A stretch of DNA of 62,821 nt, filler included, from an uncultured bacterium (GTDB lineage Bacteria > DYJV01): the NCBI GenBank assembly GCA_964543655.1. It is 4 parts of 4 records of this genome, joined end to end, with 100 filler letters (N's around TTAATTAATTAA, not from the genome) between each part and the next. Parts side by side here need not be neighbours in the genome. Positions count along the whole stretch, not along the records: positions 1 to 16,856 come from CAZIZE010000016.1; positions 16,957 to 43,557 come from CAZIZE010000018.1; 2 more parts are not named here. One strand, 5' to 3'. A model generated the notes under the pieces. It saw only the letters and a list, made by a program, of their open reading frames with translations, had not been told where the DNA came from and ran no database searches. Of this stretch, positions 11,851 to 21,891 are shown piece by piece (the first letter of the stretch is position 1; each line of letters starts with the position of its first letter). The position numbers and the translations under genes were made by a program.

Positions 11851-12685
11851 CTGATACCTTTTTCCCTGTATATGTTATAAACGCATCTTCGAGATTGACT
11901 CTTCTAATATGAAATTTTTTGTAATCCTTTTTAAAAAAGTTCGAAATTTCATTCTTATCTTTGAAAAATAGAGTTTTAAAATTATTATCATCAATAATAT
12001 CAACAGCATATTGGCCAATTGCATGTTTTAAATTGTCAGGAGTATCAATCTTTACAATATTTCCCTCATCAATAAATGCAACTCTATCAGCTAAAAATTC
12101 TGCTTCTTCAATATAATGAGTTGTTAAAAAAATTGTAGCACCATTTTCCTGAATTTTTTTTATTAACCACCATATTTTTCTTCTAATGGATGGATCAAGA
12201 CCAACAGTAGGCTCATCAAGAAACAATACCTTTGGAGAATGCATAAGTGCTCTTGCAATTAAAACTCTTCTTCTCATTCCTCCTGACAAACCTTTAACCT
12301 TGAAGTGTTGCTTTTCCAACATTCCAACATATTCTAACATTTCATCTGTTTTTCTTTTAATCTCTTTTATACTCATTGAATAGAGTAACCCATGTATAAA
12401 AAGATTTTCCCTGACAGTAAGGTCTATGTCAAGATTAATTGATTGGGGGATTAATCCACAAAGTTTTTTTCCTTCATATTTATTTTTGAAAATATCTATG
12501 CCATTTATATAAATTTCACCTTCATCTTTCTTTGTAAGCCCATTGATAATTCTAATGCATGTAGTTTTTCCTGCGCCATTTGGTCCAAGGAGGGCAAATA
12601 ATTCTCCTCTTTCTACTTTAAGGTTTATACCTTTTAATGCTTTTACTTTCTTATAACTTTTCTTTAAATTTTTTATCTCAATCAT
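11843..12685 (-). CDS. ABC transporter ATP-binding protein (NodI/DrrA-like)
   Basis: GPNGAGKTT, LSGGMRRR, LDEPT, TTHY. Confidence 0.93.
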   Translation of the reverse strand: MIEIKNLKKSYKKVKALKGINLKVERGELFALLGPNGAGKTTCIRIINGLTKKDEGEIYINGIDIFKNKYEGKKLCGLIPQSINLDIDLTVRENLFIHGLLYSMSIKEIKRKTDEMLEYVGMLEKQHFKVKGLSGGMRRRVLIARALMHSPKVLFLDEPTVGLDPSIRRKIWWLIKKIQENGATIFLTTHYIEEAEFLADRVAFIDEGNIVKIDTPDNLKHAIGQYAVDIIDDNNFKTLFFKDKNEISNFFKKDYKKFHIRRVNLEDAFITYTGKKVSDD

Positions 12686-13782
12686 TTTCCGAGCATTTCT
12701 TTGTAAACTTCATAATTGCCATTTACCATTTTCTCAACAGAGAAATTTTCCATAATATAATCTCTGCCATTTGAAAATTTCTCCTTGTATTCATCAAGGT
12801 TTTCAATAACTTTTATTAATTTTTCAGATAATGATTTGACATTGCCTTTTTCAACAAGAAAACCAGTTATGCCATCTTTAATTATTTCAGGTATTCCACC
12901 TGCATTTGTGGCAACTACAACCTTGTTTAAAGTTAATGCATCTAAAATTGATGTGCATAACCCTTCGTCAAGGCTTGACATTACAAAAATATCAGCTGCA
13001 TTGATAAAAGCAGGCACATCATTTCTAAATCCTGTGAATACAACATTTTTCTCTATATTAAATTCTCTACTTAATTCCTTTAAATGCTCCTTTAATTTAC
13101 CATCACCAACTATAATAAGCTGTGAATTGGGGAATCTTTTTACTACTTCTGAATATGCTTTTATCAGATATTCCTGACCTTTATGTGCTTCAAGTGCAGC
13201 AACATTTACAATCTTTATTGAATTTTCCAATATTCCAAATTCATCAAAAATATATTTATATTCATCTTTTTTCATTATTGGCATTGGGATAACACCTGAA
13301 TATACCGGTATAATTCTCTTTTTTACCCCATCTTCAATTAATATATTTTTAATTGTTTTTGAAATACTAATTATTTCATCACACATCTTATTATATTTAA
13401 AAAGTGATAAAAACTTTACCCCTTTTCTATGAATTGAAAAGTCCACTCTCCTTGAAACAAGAAGCTTTGTTTTTAACCCAAGTGTTGCAAAATATCCTAT
13501 TGTGTGAGCATGAGATGTGTGGCAATGGAGTATATCAATATTGTTCTTTTTTAAATAACTCCTGATTAAAAAAACAGCAGGTGGGTAAAATTCTCCCTTC
13601 ATTTCAACTTCAAAAATAGGTATATCTGGTAGGTTATCTCTAATTTTATCCTTTATTTTTGAATTTTTATTACAAATTAAATGGCTTTTTATACCTTTTT
13701 TCAATAATCCTTCAATTAAAAAGTAAACCTGTCTTTCACCGCCTCTAAAAGTTCTCTCTGTGTTTAAATGTGCTATATTCAT
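12682..13782 (-). CDS. Glycosyltransferase family 4
   Basis: RGGERQ N-terminus, EGLCTSILDA, GGIPEII. Confidence 0.88.
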   Translation of the reverse strand: MNIAHLNTERTFRGGERQVYFLIEGLLKKGIKSHLICNKNSKIKDKIRDNLPDIPIFEVEMKGEFYPPAVFLIRSYLKKNNIDILHCHTSHAHTIGYFATLGLKTKLLVSRRVDFSIHRKGVKFLSLFKYNKMCDEIISISKTIKNILIEDGVKKRIIPVYSGVIPMPIMKKDEYKYIFDEFGILENSIKIVNVAALEAHKGQEYLIKAYSEVVKRFPNSQLIIVGDGKLKEHLKELSREFNIEKNVVFTGFRNDVPAFINAADIFVMSSLDEGLCTSILDALTLNKVVVATNAGGIPEIIKDGITGFLVEKGNVKSLSEKLIKVIENLDEYKEKFSNGRDYIMENFSVEKMVNGNYEVYKEMLGK

Positions 13783-14711
13783 TTCATTATAACCATTAGA
13801 ATAACAATAAAAATAAAAGAAGATGTATACATCAACTTATAACTTTTTTCAATGTGTTTTAAGTTCAAATCTTCAACTTTTTCTCCAATATAAGGCTTTT
13901 CAAACCACACACCAAAATAGGGAGTAGGACCTCCAAGTTGTATATTCAATGCTCCTGCTGTAGCAGCCTCAGGATAGCCACTATTTGGGCTATCTGTTTT
14001 ATTTCTGTCTCTAATCATTACTTTCAGGCTGTTTTTATAATTGTATCTTAAAATAAAGGCAGAAATAACAATTAAAATACCTGTAATTCTTGCAGGTATA
14101 AAATTTAAAATATCATCAAGTTTTGCAGCAAACCAGCCAAAGTTGAAATATTTCTCATTTTTATAACCAATCATCGAATCAAGGGTATTTGCTGCTTTAT
14201 AAAAATATGCACCAGCAATGCCACCAATGGCAAAATAAAAACATGGTGCAATGATGCCATCTGTTATATTTTCTGAAATTGTTTCAACAATGCTTCTAAT
14301 AATATCTTCTCTTTCAAGCTCATTTGCATCTCTACTAACAAGCATTGCTAATTCTGACTTAGCTTTTACTATATTATTATTTTTCAGGGCACTGTATACT
14401 TTTAACGTCTCCATATGGAGGCTTCTCATTGAAATAGCAAAGCTTCCAAGAATTGCACTTAGAAGAAAATTTATACTACTATCAAATAGTGAAAATATAG
14501 ATAAAAGAATTTTTACTGCACAGGTAGTTATTAATATTATAAAAATTGTAAAAATTGCTCCTGCTAATTTTTTATTATAAAATCCATAGAAAAATCTTTC
14601 AAAAAATGAAATAGTTTTGCCTATTATCACAACAGGATGTTTGAATATAAGAGGTGGGTCACCAAATATTAGGTCAATAATAAATGAGCTTAAAATTAAC
14701 TGTTTTAACAT
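13779..14711 (-). CDS. cbiB: Adenosylcobinamide-phosphate synthase CbiB/CobD
   Basis: DLIFGDP..HPV, VSRD, ENITDG, NTLDSMIGY, SPNSGYPEA. Confidence 0.93.
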   Translation of the reverse strand: MLKQLILSSFIIDLIFGDPPLIFKHPVVIIGKTISFFERFFYGFYNKKLAGAIFTIFIILITTCAVKILLSIFSLFDSSINFLLSAILGSFAISMRSLHMETLKVYSALKNNNIVKAKSELAMLVSRDANELEREDIIRSIVETISENITDGIIAPCFYFAIGGIAGAYFYKAANTLDSMIGYKNEKYFNFGWFAAKLDDILNFIPARITGILIVISAFILRYNYKNSLKVMIRDRNKTDSPNSGYPEAATAGALNIQLGGPTPYFGVWFEKPYIGEKVEDLNLKHIEKSYKLMYTSSFIFIVILMVIMK

Positions 14712-16591
14712 TATTTATTATTTCTCTTTTTAACTTCTCTCCATTTTTTTAAATAAATTGATATTACTGATATTGCAGCTGGTGTAACACCTGAAATTCT
14801 TGAAGCCTGCCCGAGAGTGAGAGGTTTTATACTGGTAAGTTTCTCCTTTATCTCATTTGATATTCCAGGAATTAAATTATAATCAAAATCAGGTGGAATT
14901 TTCTTATTTTCAAGTTCTTTAAATCTTTTAATACTCTCAAGCTGCCTTTTAATATATCCTTCATATTTTACCTGAACCTCAGCCTGTTTATTAATATGGT
15001 AATTGTACTGCTTTATATTTGTCAGGTTAAAAATATCCTCTATTCTGATTTCTGGTCTTTTTAAAAGAGCAAATGCTGTAACAGATTCTTTTAAATAAGT
15101 TTTTAGTTTTTTCAAATATTCATTAGTAGAATTTGAAACATAAATTTTCGTGGTTTTTAATTTTTCTATTAATTCCTCTGTTTTTTCCTTTTTGTAAATC
15201 ATTTTTTCATATTGCTCTTTATCAACTATCCCAATGTTATAACCAATCTCTGTTAATCTCAGGTCAGCATTGTCCTCTCTAAGAAGTAATCTATATTCTG
15301 CTCTTGATGTAAACATTCGATATGGTTCTTTTGTGCCCTTAGTTATTAAATCATCAACAAGCACAGCCATATAGCATTGTGATCTGTCAGGAATAAAAGG
15401 CTCCTTTTCTAAAAGAGAGAGAGAAGCGTTGAGTCCTGCCCACAAACCCTGAGCTGCTGCTTCTTCATAACCAGAGGTTCCATTTATCTGACCTGCAAGA
15501 TAAAGACCTTTTATTAACTTTGTTTCAAGTGTATAATGTAACTGTGTTGGCTCTATATAGTCATATTCTATTGCATAAGCTGGTCTTAAAATTTCTGCAT
15601 TTTCTAAACCTTTAACCTGTCTTAGAATTTTTTCCTGATACTCATATGGGAAACTGTTGCCAAGGCCTTTTGCATAGATTTCTTCTGTTTCTTTTCCTTC
15701 TGGTTCAAGGGTAATTTGATGTCTATCCTTTTCTGGAAATTTCATTATCTTATCTTCAAGAGAGGGACAATATCTTGCACTTTTACCAACTATATCGCCA
15801 CTGTAAAGAGGTGATAGTTTTATATTGTTACGCATAAAAGAGTGTATCTTTTCATTTGTATAAGTAATAAAACAGCTTAACTGCTCTGGATGAAATTTTT
15901 CCATATCAGTCTTGCATGAAAAAGGGATAACAAATTCATCGCCTTTCTGCTCTTCCATAACAGAGAAATCTATACTGCTCTTTTTTAATCGTGGAGGAGT
16001 ACCAGTTTTCATCCTACCCATTTTAAAACCAAGCTCTTTTAAATGAGCAGGTAATGAAATTGAGGCAAATTCACCAGCTCTACCAGCAGGAATTTTTCTT
16101 CTGCCAATGTGGATTAATCCATTTAAAAAAGTGCCTGTAGTAAGAATAACTTTTCTTGCAAAAAATTCTGTGCCAACTTCATCAATCACTCCTTTGATTT
16201 CACCATCTTCCACTATTAGCTTTTCCACCATTGATTGCAAAATATGTATATTTGAAACATGCTCTATAAAATGCTTGATTTTTAACCGATACTCCTGCTT
16301 ATCACATTGAACCCGTGTGCCTCTAACAGCTGGGCCTTTTGATGTGTTTAATGTTCTAAATTGAATACCTGTCTGGTCAGTTATTACAGGCATTAGACCA
16401 CCTAATGCATCTATCTCTTTTACAAGATGGCCTTTGGCGAGCCCGCCAATTGCAGGATTGCAGGACATTTGACCTATTGTATCAAGATTAATATTAAAAA
16501 GCAGAACTGACAATCCAAGCTTTGCAGCAACATATGTTGCCTCTATTCCTGCATGCCCACCACCAACTACAATTATATCAAAATTTCTCAT
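14711..16591 (-). CDS. mnmG: tRNA uridine 5-carboxymethylaminomethyl modification enzyme MnmG (GidA); start reassigned to ATG 16591
   Basis: [49 protein letters not shown]; the track start 16618 lies within the promoter. Confidence 0.97.
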   Translation of the reverse strand: MRNFDIIVVGGGHAGIEATYVAAKLGLSVLLFNINLDTIGQMSCNPAIGGLAKGHLVKEIDALGGLMPVITDQTGIQFRTLNTSKGPAVRGTRVQCDKQEYRLKIKHFIEHVSNIHILQSMVEKLIVEDGEIKGVIDEVGTEFFARKVILTTGTFLNGLIHIGRRKIPAGRAGEFASISLPAHLKELGFKMGRMKTGTPPRLKKSSIDFSVMEEQKGDEFVIPFSCKTDMEKFHPEQLSCFITYTNEKIHSFMRNNIKLSPLYSGDIVGKSARYCPSLEDKIMKFPEKDRHQITLEPEGKETEEIYAKGLGNSFPYEYQEKILRQVKGLENAEILRPAYAIEYDYIEPTQLHYTLETKLIKGLYLAGQINGTSGYEEAAAQGLWAGLNASLSLLEKEPFIPDRSQCYMAVLVDDLITKGTKEPYRMFTSRAEYRLLLREDNADLRLTEIGYNIGIVDKEQYEKMIYKKEKTEELIEKLKTTKIYVSNSTNEYLKKLKTYLKESVTAFALLKRPEIRIEDIFNLTNIKQYNYHINKQAEVQVKYEGYIKRQLESIKRFKELENKKIPPDFDYNLIPGISNEIKEKLTSIKPLTLGQASRISGVTPAAISVISIYLKKWREVKKRNNK

Positions 16592-16597
16592 AATGAA

Positions 16598-16626
16598 ACT
16601 ATAAAATAAAAAAAGCAAAATTGCAA
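16598..16626 (-). promoter_or_regulatory. sigma70 promoter TTGCAA-N17-TATAGT, 6 nt before mnmG ATG (leaderless)
   Basis: Hexamer spacing and absence of an SD. Confidence 0.65.
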
Positions 16627-16675
16627 TATTATAAAAAAATTTTCAAAAGGAATGTAGAGCTGTTTTAAAATTAAG

Positions 16676-16855
16676 CTAATTATTTAATCTTTTTAATTTA
16701 TTCTGGATATTAGATAGGAATTTTAAAGCTTGAAGTGGTGTGGTGTTTAAAATATCGATATTTTCTATTTCTTTTAAAATATTTTCCTTTTCATTTTTAT
16801 AAATATTTTCAAAAATAGTTTTCTCTTTAATTTTAAATTTGCTCTTTGGTTCTTG
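16676..16855 (-). CDS. mutS: 3' end of DNA mismatch repair protein MutS (cut by gap)
   Basis: Not in ORF track; frame reads ...ILKEIENIDILNTTPLQALKFLSNIQNKLKRLNN*, matching the MutS C-terminal D...TPxxAL helix motif. Confidence 0.65.
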   Translation of the reverse strand, partial: QEPKSKFKIKEKTIFENIYKNEKENILKEIENIDILNTTPLQALKFLSNIQNKLKRLNN

Positions 16856-16856
16856 T

Positions 16857-16956
16857 NNNNNNNNNNNNNNNNNNNNNNNNNNNNNNNNNNNNNNNNNNNN
16901 TTAATTAATTAANNNNNNNNNNNNNNNNNNNNNNNNNNNNNNNNNNNNNNNNNNNN
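16857..16956. other. Artificial contig linker 1
   Basis: 44 N + TTAATTAATTAA (stops in all six frames) + 44 N. Confidence 0.97.
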
Positions 16957-16958
16957 AA

Positions 16959-17738
16959 GTGGATGGAGAGACATTTGGTTATGTAAATAAATTCATTACA
17001 GAACTTAAAAAAAGTGAATATCTTTTTTCATACTTATGGATTGAAAATAATAACAACCGTATAAAAAGAATAGATGAGCTTTTAGAAAATGAAACAACCA
17101 TTGTGGATATTTTGTCAGACAGGACAGGACAAGATTTCATTGCAAATAATTTTACAATATCATCTGCTATTTTTAATCCTAAAGATGATGAATTATTAGT
17201 TGCAGACAACAAAGTTCCAGCTTCAATTGGAGAGTATAGATGTTTTGTCTTATCAGAATTATTTGCAGGTAATGTTAAGGAGAGAGATAAAATTTCAACA
17301 TTAAACAGCTCCACCTTTAATAGGGATAACATTAAAAATATAGTTGATGCGTATGATAATTATTTAGTCTCCTGTAATAAAAGTAAATTTTTAAAATCAA
17401 TTGAAAATATTGACCAAATGCCAGCTCCTCTATTTAAAGCTGTAATTCTTGCTAAAAAAGGGAGGTTGCAACTTGCATTAAAATGCATTGATGAATTAAT
17501 TAAAGGAGATAGCCTTAAAGGTTACAGATTATTTACTACATTACTTTTAAAGGGTATTTTCTTAGATATTTATAAAAAAAGAGAGGAATCAATTACTATT
17601 TATAGAGAATTGCTCTTAAATCAGCATTATCCAGATATTATTTTTTACTGTTTAAAATTTTTAAAAAAACCTGCGAGTAAGAGATATTTGGAGCGTATTG
17701 ACATTAATATGTTTCTGTCTCATATTATAATAGTGTAA
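16959..17738 (+). CDS. Hypothetical protein, 5'-truncated; possible C45-peptidase-like region followed by TPR-like helices
   Basis: Begins at contig edge; ILSDR...TISSAIFNP...LLVA...PAS.GEY segment then amphipathic helices. Confidence 0.45.
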   Translation: MDGETFGYVNKFITELKKSEYLFSYLWIENNNNRIKRIDELLENETTIVDILSDRTGQDFIANNFTISSAIFNPKDDELLVADNKVPASIGEYRCFVLSELFAGNVKERDKISTLNSSTFNRDNIKNIVDAYDNYLVSCNKSKFLKSIENIDQMPAPLFKAVILAKKGRLQLALKCIDELIKGDSLKGYRLFTTLLLKGIFLDIYKKREESITIYRELLLNQHYPDIIFYCLKFLKKPASKRYLERIDINMFLSHIIIV

Positions 17739-18658
17739 TCTTTAATTTCATCAATTGCAACAACCTTATTCCTTCCTCTTCTTTTTGCTTCATATAGCAT
17801 CTGGTCTGCCTGCTGTAAAAGGAGGGATGAGTTAGATGCTCTACTAATATGGGATATTCCAAAGCTCATTGTAATTGGAATAGAAAAATTTTTAATGATG
17901 AAAACCTCATTTTTTAAACTCTGCCTAACCCTCTCTGCAATATTTTTGGCAACTTTTATACTGGTGTGTGGGAGAATTATTAAAAATTCTTCTCCTCCAT
18001 ACCTGCCAACAGTATCATACTTTCGTATACTTTTTTTTAAAATTTTACCAATATGTTTCAACACACTGTCGCCAACAAGATGTCCATAAGAATCATTTAC
18101 TCTTTTAAAAAAATCAATGTCACTCATAATAACAGAAAGATCATCATTTAATCTTTTTGCTCTTTCAAATTCAGAATTAAGCCGTTCAAGAATGGTTTGT
18201 CTGTTAAAAGTGCCAGTAAGAGGATCTTTAATTGAGGCTTCATAAAGTTTGTCATAGCAGTCTTTTAAATTGTTCTGATACGTTAAAATTCTTTCACCAG
18301 CCTTAATTCTGACTTTTAATTCTTCAAAGTTAAAAGGTTTCATAAGGTAATCATCTGCACCTTGAGACAGTGCCTCAACAACGTCCCTTCTCGTTTTCTG
18401 GCCAGTGATAATTATAATGTAAACATAATTATCTCTAAATTTATTTCTAATTAAATTGCAGATTTCAATTCCTGATGTTTCATCAAGAACCCAATCAATT
18501 AATGCCATCTGTATAGAGTGAGTTTTGATTAATTCTAATGCTGCAAAAGGCTTTGAGGCTTCAAAAACATTATAATTCCATTTTGTAAGGTATATTTTTA
18601 AAAGCTCTCTTGAATCTTTGTCATCTTCTATAATTAAAATATTTTTGTTTTCCAGCAT
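17720..18658 (-). CDS. Response-regulator diguanylate cyclase (REC-GGDEF)
   Basis: IIEDD, LIDW, GADDYLMKPF receiver; DPLTG, DIDFFKRVNDSYGH, RKYD I-site, RYGGEEF. Confidence 0.94.
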   Translation of the reverse strand: MLENKNILIIEDDKDSRELLKIYLTKWNYNVFEASKPFAALELIKTHSIQMALIDWVLDETSGIEICNLIRNKFRDNYVYIIIITGQKTRRDVVEALSQGADDYLMKPFNFEELKVRIKAGERILTYQNNLKDCYDKLYEASIKDPLTGTFNRQTILERLNSEFERAKRLNDDLSVIMSDIDFFKRVNDSYGHLVGDSVLKHIGKILKKSIRKYDTVGRYGGEEFLIILPHTSIKVAKNIAERVRQSLKNEVFIIKNFSIPITMSFGISHISRASNSSLLLQQADQMLYEAKRRGRNKVVAIDEIKDYTIII

Positions 18659-18669
18659 AAAATATTAAA

Positions 18670-18685
18670 TGCAATTAACATACCA
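18670..18685 (-). promoter_or_regulatory. sigma54 promoter TGGTATGTTAATTGCA for the diguanylate cyclase
   Basis: GG-N10-GC with TTGCA; predicted +1 at about the ATG. Confidence 0.7.
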
Positions 18686-18705
18686 AAAAAAGAAATATTT
18701 CACTA

Positions 18706-18721
18706 TGGCATTTCTCTTGCA
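18706..18721 (+). promoter_or_regulatory. sigma54 promoter TGGCATTTCTCTTGCA
   Basis: TGGCA-N6-TTGCA, 36 nt upstream of an ATG with SD AAGGAGG. Confidence 0.85.
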
Positions 18722-18757
18722 TTATGTTGTATATTATTAAATTTAAAGGAGGTTTTT

Positions 18758-20086
18758 ATGTGTAACAGAATTTCTTTGAAATTTGTTATTGTGGTAATGT
18801 GTATTTTTTTTACAACAATCCTGTATGCATCTCAATCTTGTGTCACATCAACCTGTCATTCAAAGATTAAAAAGTACAAGTACCTGCATGGACCTGTTGG
18901 AGCAATGCAATGTGATATCTGTCACCAGGCAAGTAAGGCTCAAATTAAAAAACATATAAATAGACCTAAAAGTTTTGTTGATTTTAAATCTCCAACTGGT
19001 GATAAAAGTATATGCATTATGTGTCATGACAACAAATGGAAAGGGAAATATATTCATGAGCCAGTGGCAGATGGTGATTGTACTGGATGTCACAACCCTC
19101 ATGGTGGACCTAATAGATTTTTTATTCAATCAAAAAGGGAAGCAGATACTTGTTTCCAATGTCATGAAAATAATAAAACAGTAAAAAAATTTTTACATGG
19201 CCCAGTAAGTGCTGGAGAGTGTACAGCCTGCCATACACCACATGCTTCAAACTATAAATTTCAATTAAAAGCAAGCCCAGATAAAATTTGTTATACCTGT
19301 CACAGTGATAAAAAAGCTTGGCAGAAATATCCAGTTAAACATATGCCATTTATACGAGGGTGTACCAAATGTCATGATGCACATAATTCTGATGTAAAAA
19401 TGCAGTTAAAAGCAAAAAGTGAAGAAGCACTCTGTTTAAAATGCCATTCAAAAATTAAAAAACATCAAAAGATTGTAAAAGAAATAAAAAATTCAAAATA
19501 TCCTCATAGACCTGTTTTTAAAGGTAAGTGTGGGAGATGCCACAATCCTCATGCTACTAAATTTGATAATCTGTTAAGAGCTTCAGAAAAGAATATTTGT
19601 TTTAAATGCCATAAAAAGATTGCAAAAAGGATAAAAACCTGCAAATATATTCATGGTCCAGTAAAGAGTGATGGATGTGCAGCATGCCATGAAGTACATG
19701 GTTCAAATAATCCTTTTATTCTTGAAAAATACTTTCCTAAAAAATTTTACAACAATTATTCAAAAGGGATGTATGACCTATGCTTTGAATGCCATGATGA
19801 AAAGAAAATATCTGATCCAAATTTTATGGGTACCAATTTTAGAAATGGCAATGTAAATCTCCACTACCTACACGTGTTAATACCAGGAAAAGGTAGAAGT
19901 TGTAAAGCATGCCACGAGGTTCATGCATCGAATCAACCTGATCAGATTAGAAAAGGAGTACCTTTTGGCTCAGGTGGATGGATACTTCCTATACACTTTA
20001 CAAAAACTAAGTTTGGTGGAACATGTGTAGTAGGCTGTCATAAGCCAAAAACTTATGATAGAAGAAAGTTTATTAAAAATCCGTAA
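18758..20086 (+). CDS. Exported 15-heme cytochrome c
   Basis: Signal peptide; 13 CXXCH plus CVTSTCH (CX4CH) and CVVGCH (CX3CH); paired-heme HxPV..CxxCHxPH repeats. Confidence 0.92.
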   Translation: MCNRISLKFVIVVMCIFFTTILYASQSCVTSTCHSKIKKYKYLHGPVGAMQCDICHQASKAQIKKHINRPKSFVDFKSPTGDKSICIMCHDNKWKGKYIHEPVADGDCTGCHNPHGGPNRFFIQSKREADTCFQCHENNKTVKKFLHGPVSAGECTACHTPHASNYKFQLKASPDKICYTCHSDKKAWQKYPVKHMPFIRGCTKCHDAHNSDVKMQLKAKSEEALCLKCHSKIKKHQKIVKEIKNSKYPHRPVFKGKCGRCHNPHATKFDNLLRASEKNICFKCHKKIAKRIKTCKYIHGPVKSDGCAACHEVHGSNNPFILEKYFPKKFYNNYSKGMYDLCFECHDEKKISDPNFMGTNFRNGNVNLHYLHVLIPGKGRSCKACHEVHASNQPDQIRKGVPFGSGGWILPIHFTKTKFGGTCVVGCHKPKTYDRRKFIKNP

Positions 20087-20099
20087 AAAGGAGGTAAAG

Positions 20100-21050
20100 G
20101 TGAAAAGGTTTATATGTTTAGGTTTAATATTTTTATTTATAGAAAGTATTTACGCTTTTCCATTACAAAAGTTAAAAATTGGTGATAAAATAAATCTACA
20201 AAATTTCAATGCAGTTAATTTAAAAGGTGAAAAGTTCAAAAATTATAAAAAAAGAAAATTATTATTTTTATGGAGACATGATAAAAGGTTAAGTAAAAAA
20301 AGTGCTAAAAAATTTATAAAAGTTTGCAGGGATAGAAAAATTCTCTGTATAAGTATTGAGACTAAAGGTGCTTCAATTGAGCAGCAAATGAAAATTTTAA
20401 AAAAAGTTCCTGACACAGTTTATTTTGCCCAAAATGTTTCAGATATAAAAAACTGGGGAATTTTCACTCTACCTGTTACAATATTTCTTGATAAGAACAA
20501 TAAAATAATTCATGCTGTTGGTTATGAAGGTCAATATATTACTAAAATTGAAAGATATATTGATTTTCTTGAAGGGAAAATAAGTAAGGAAGACATAAAT
20601 AAATTAGAAAGAGAGGCTCCAAATTATAGGAAAAGTGTGTTACCTGACCTAAATTATATTCTTACTTTAATTAAAGAAAACCAGATTAATGATGCAGAGA
20701 AAAAATTAACTGAAATAAAAGGGAAACTTAACTTAAAAGAGATTTCATCTCTTGAAAAATTAGGTTATGTTAAAGTTTTGATAAAACTAAAAAAATATAA
20801 TGACGCAGAGAGTGTTTTGAAAACCTTAAACAAATATAATCCTCATGTAAAATTTTATAGGGGAATAATATGTTACAAAAAGGGGAATTATAATAAAGCA
20901 TTAGATTTCTTAAAATCAATTGAAAAGATTTATCCTGACAAAAAATTACTATATTTTTATTTTGGAAAAATTTATAAACTAAAGGGTGATTATAAGAATG
21001 CTGTTGAATATTTTGAAAAAGTTTTTAATTATCTTAATATTGGTATTTAA
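20100..21050 (+). CDS. Exported thioredoxin-like (no CXXC) plus TPR protein; start GTG 20100
   Basis: SD AAGGAGG, signal peptide, LKIGD...WGIFTLPVTIFLDKN redoxin pattern, C-terminal TPRs. Confidence 0.7.
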   Translation: MKRFICLGLIFLFIESIYAFPLQKLKIGDKINLQNFNAVNLKGEKFKNYKKRKLLFLWRHDKRLSKKSAKKFIKVCRDRKILCISIETKGASIEQQMKILKKVPDTVYFAQNVSDIKNWGIFTLPVTIFLDKNNKIIHAVGYEGQYITKIERYIDFLEGKISKEDINKLEREAPNYRKSVLPDLNYILTLIKENQINDAEKKLTEIKGKLNLKEISSLEKLGYVKVLIKLKKYNDAESVLKTLNKYNPHVKFYRGIICYKKGNYNKALDFLKSIEKIYPDKKLLYFYFGKIYKLKGDYKNAVEYFEKVFNYLNIGI

Positions 21051-21891
21051 TTTTTACATAAATGCAAAATGTGGTGAGATATTATTCCCAAAAAATGATA
21101 TTGTAGTATCAAAACAGAAATTACATATTGTTGGAAAGCTTGACAGAAGAGAGGATATTGTTGTTATAATAAATGATAGACCAATTAATATTAGCAGAGC
21201 TTCTCTTATTAAGAAAAAGACTAATGATGGGACATTTTACATTTTCAAAGTGGATTTAACTTTAGATAAAGGCGAGAATATAATTAAAGTAATTAATAGC
21301 GAGCTTGATAAAACTATTTTAATTAAATACCAGAAATATGCAGAGCAACAATTGTCGTGTTTAAAAACGAGTTTATTTCACATGGATGACAATAGGGTCT
21401 TTTGTAAAATCTGCCATAATTTCAATAATATTAAAGAGTGCAATACCTGTCATAGTGATAAAAATCGTGGGAAATTTGTGCATGGTCCTGTTGCAACATG
21501 GCAATGCTTTATATGTCATGACAAAAATAATTATTTTGCTATAAAGCAACCACTTTCTGCTCAATGTTTAAAATGTCATCAGGAGTTTTCTGATGCAATG
21601 TATAATGCAAAATTTGCTCATGCACCATCTGTTGCAGGATATTGTACAATATGCCATTTACCTCATATTGCAAAAGAAAAATATTTTTTAGCTGATAATG
21701 TGAATAAACTTTGTAGCAAATGTCATGAGCATAAAAAAAGTGGATTTCATGTACTTAAGAAAAAAATTAAAGGTCATGTTGATATTTTTTGTACAAAATG
21801 TCATAATCCACATTATGGGGAAACAAAATTTCTATTTAATGGTAAAATCTCAAAGAAAAAATTTTTATGTAAAAGGTGCCATAAAAAATAA
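20998..21891 (+). CDS. Exported octaheme cytochrome c with N-terminal Ig-like domain
   Basis: 8 CXXCH in C-terminal half; N-terminal beta-rich segment with LTLDKGENIIKV; start uncertain (20986 or 20998). Confidence 0.85.
   Translation: MLLNILKKFLIILILVFNFYINAKCGEILFPKNDIVVSKQKLHIVGKLDRREDIVVIINDRPINISRASLIKKKTNDGTFYIFKVDLTLDKGENIIKVINSELDKTILIKYQKYAEQQLSCLKTSLFHMDDNRVFCKICHNFNNIKECNTCHSDKNRGKFVHGPVATWQCFICHDKNNYFAIKQPLSAQCLKCHQEFSDAMYNAKFAHAPSVAGYCTICHLPHIAKEKYFLADNVNKLCSKCHEHKKSGFHVLKKKIKGHVDIFCTKCHNPHYGETKFLFNGKISKKKFLCKRCHKK

Noticed and set aside
16901-16912. TTAATTAATTAA as a biological repeat or restriction site
   Set aside because: Centred in N-runs of identical length; assembly linker
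17720-18658. Hypr-type cGAMP synthase
   Set aside because: Retains the canonical Asp in GHLVGD (Ser in Hypr enzymes), so c-di-GMP is more likely
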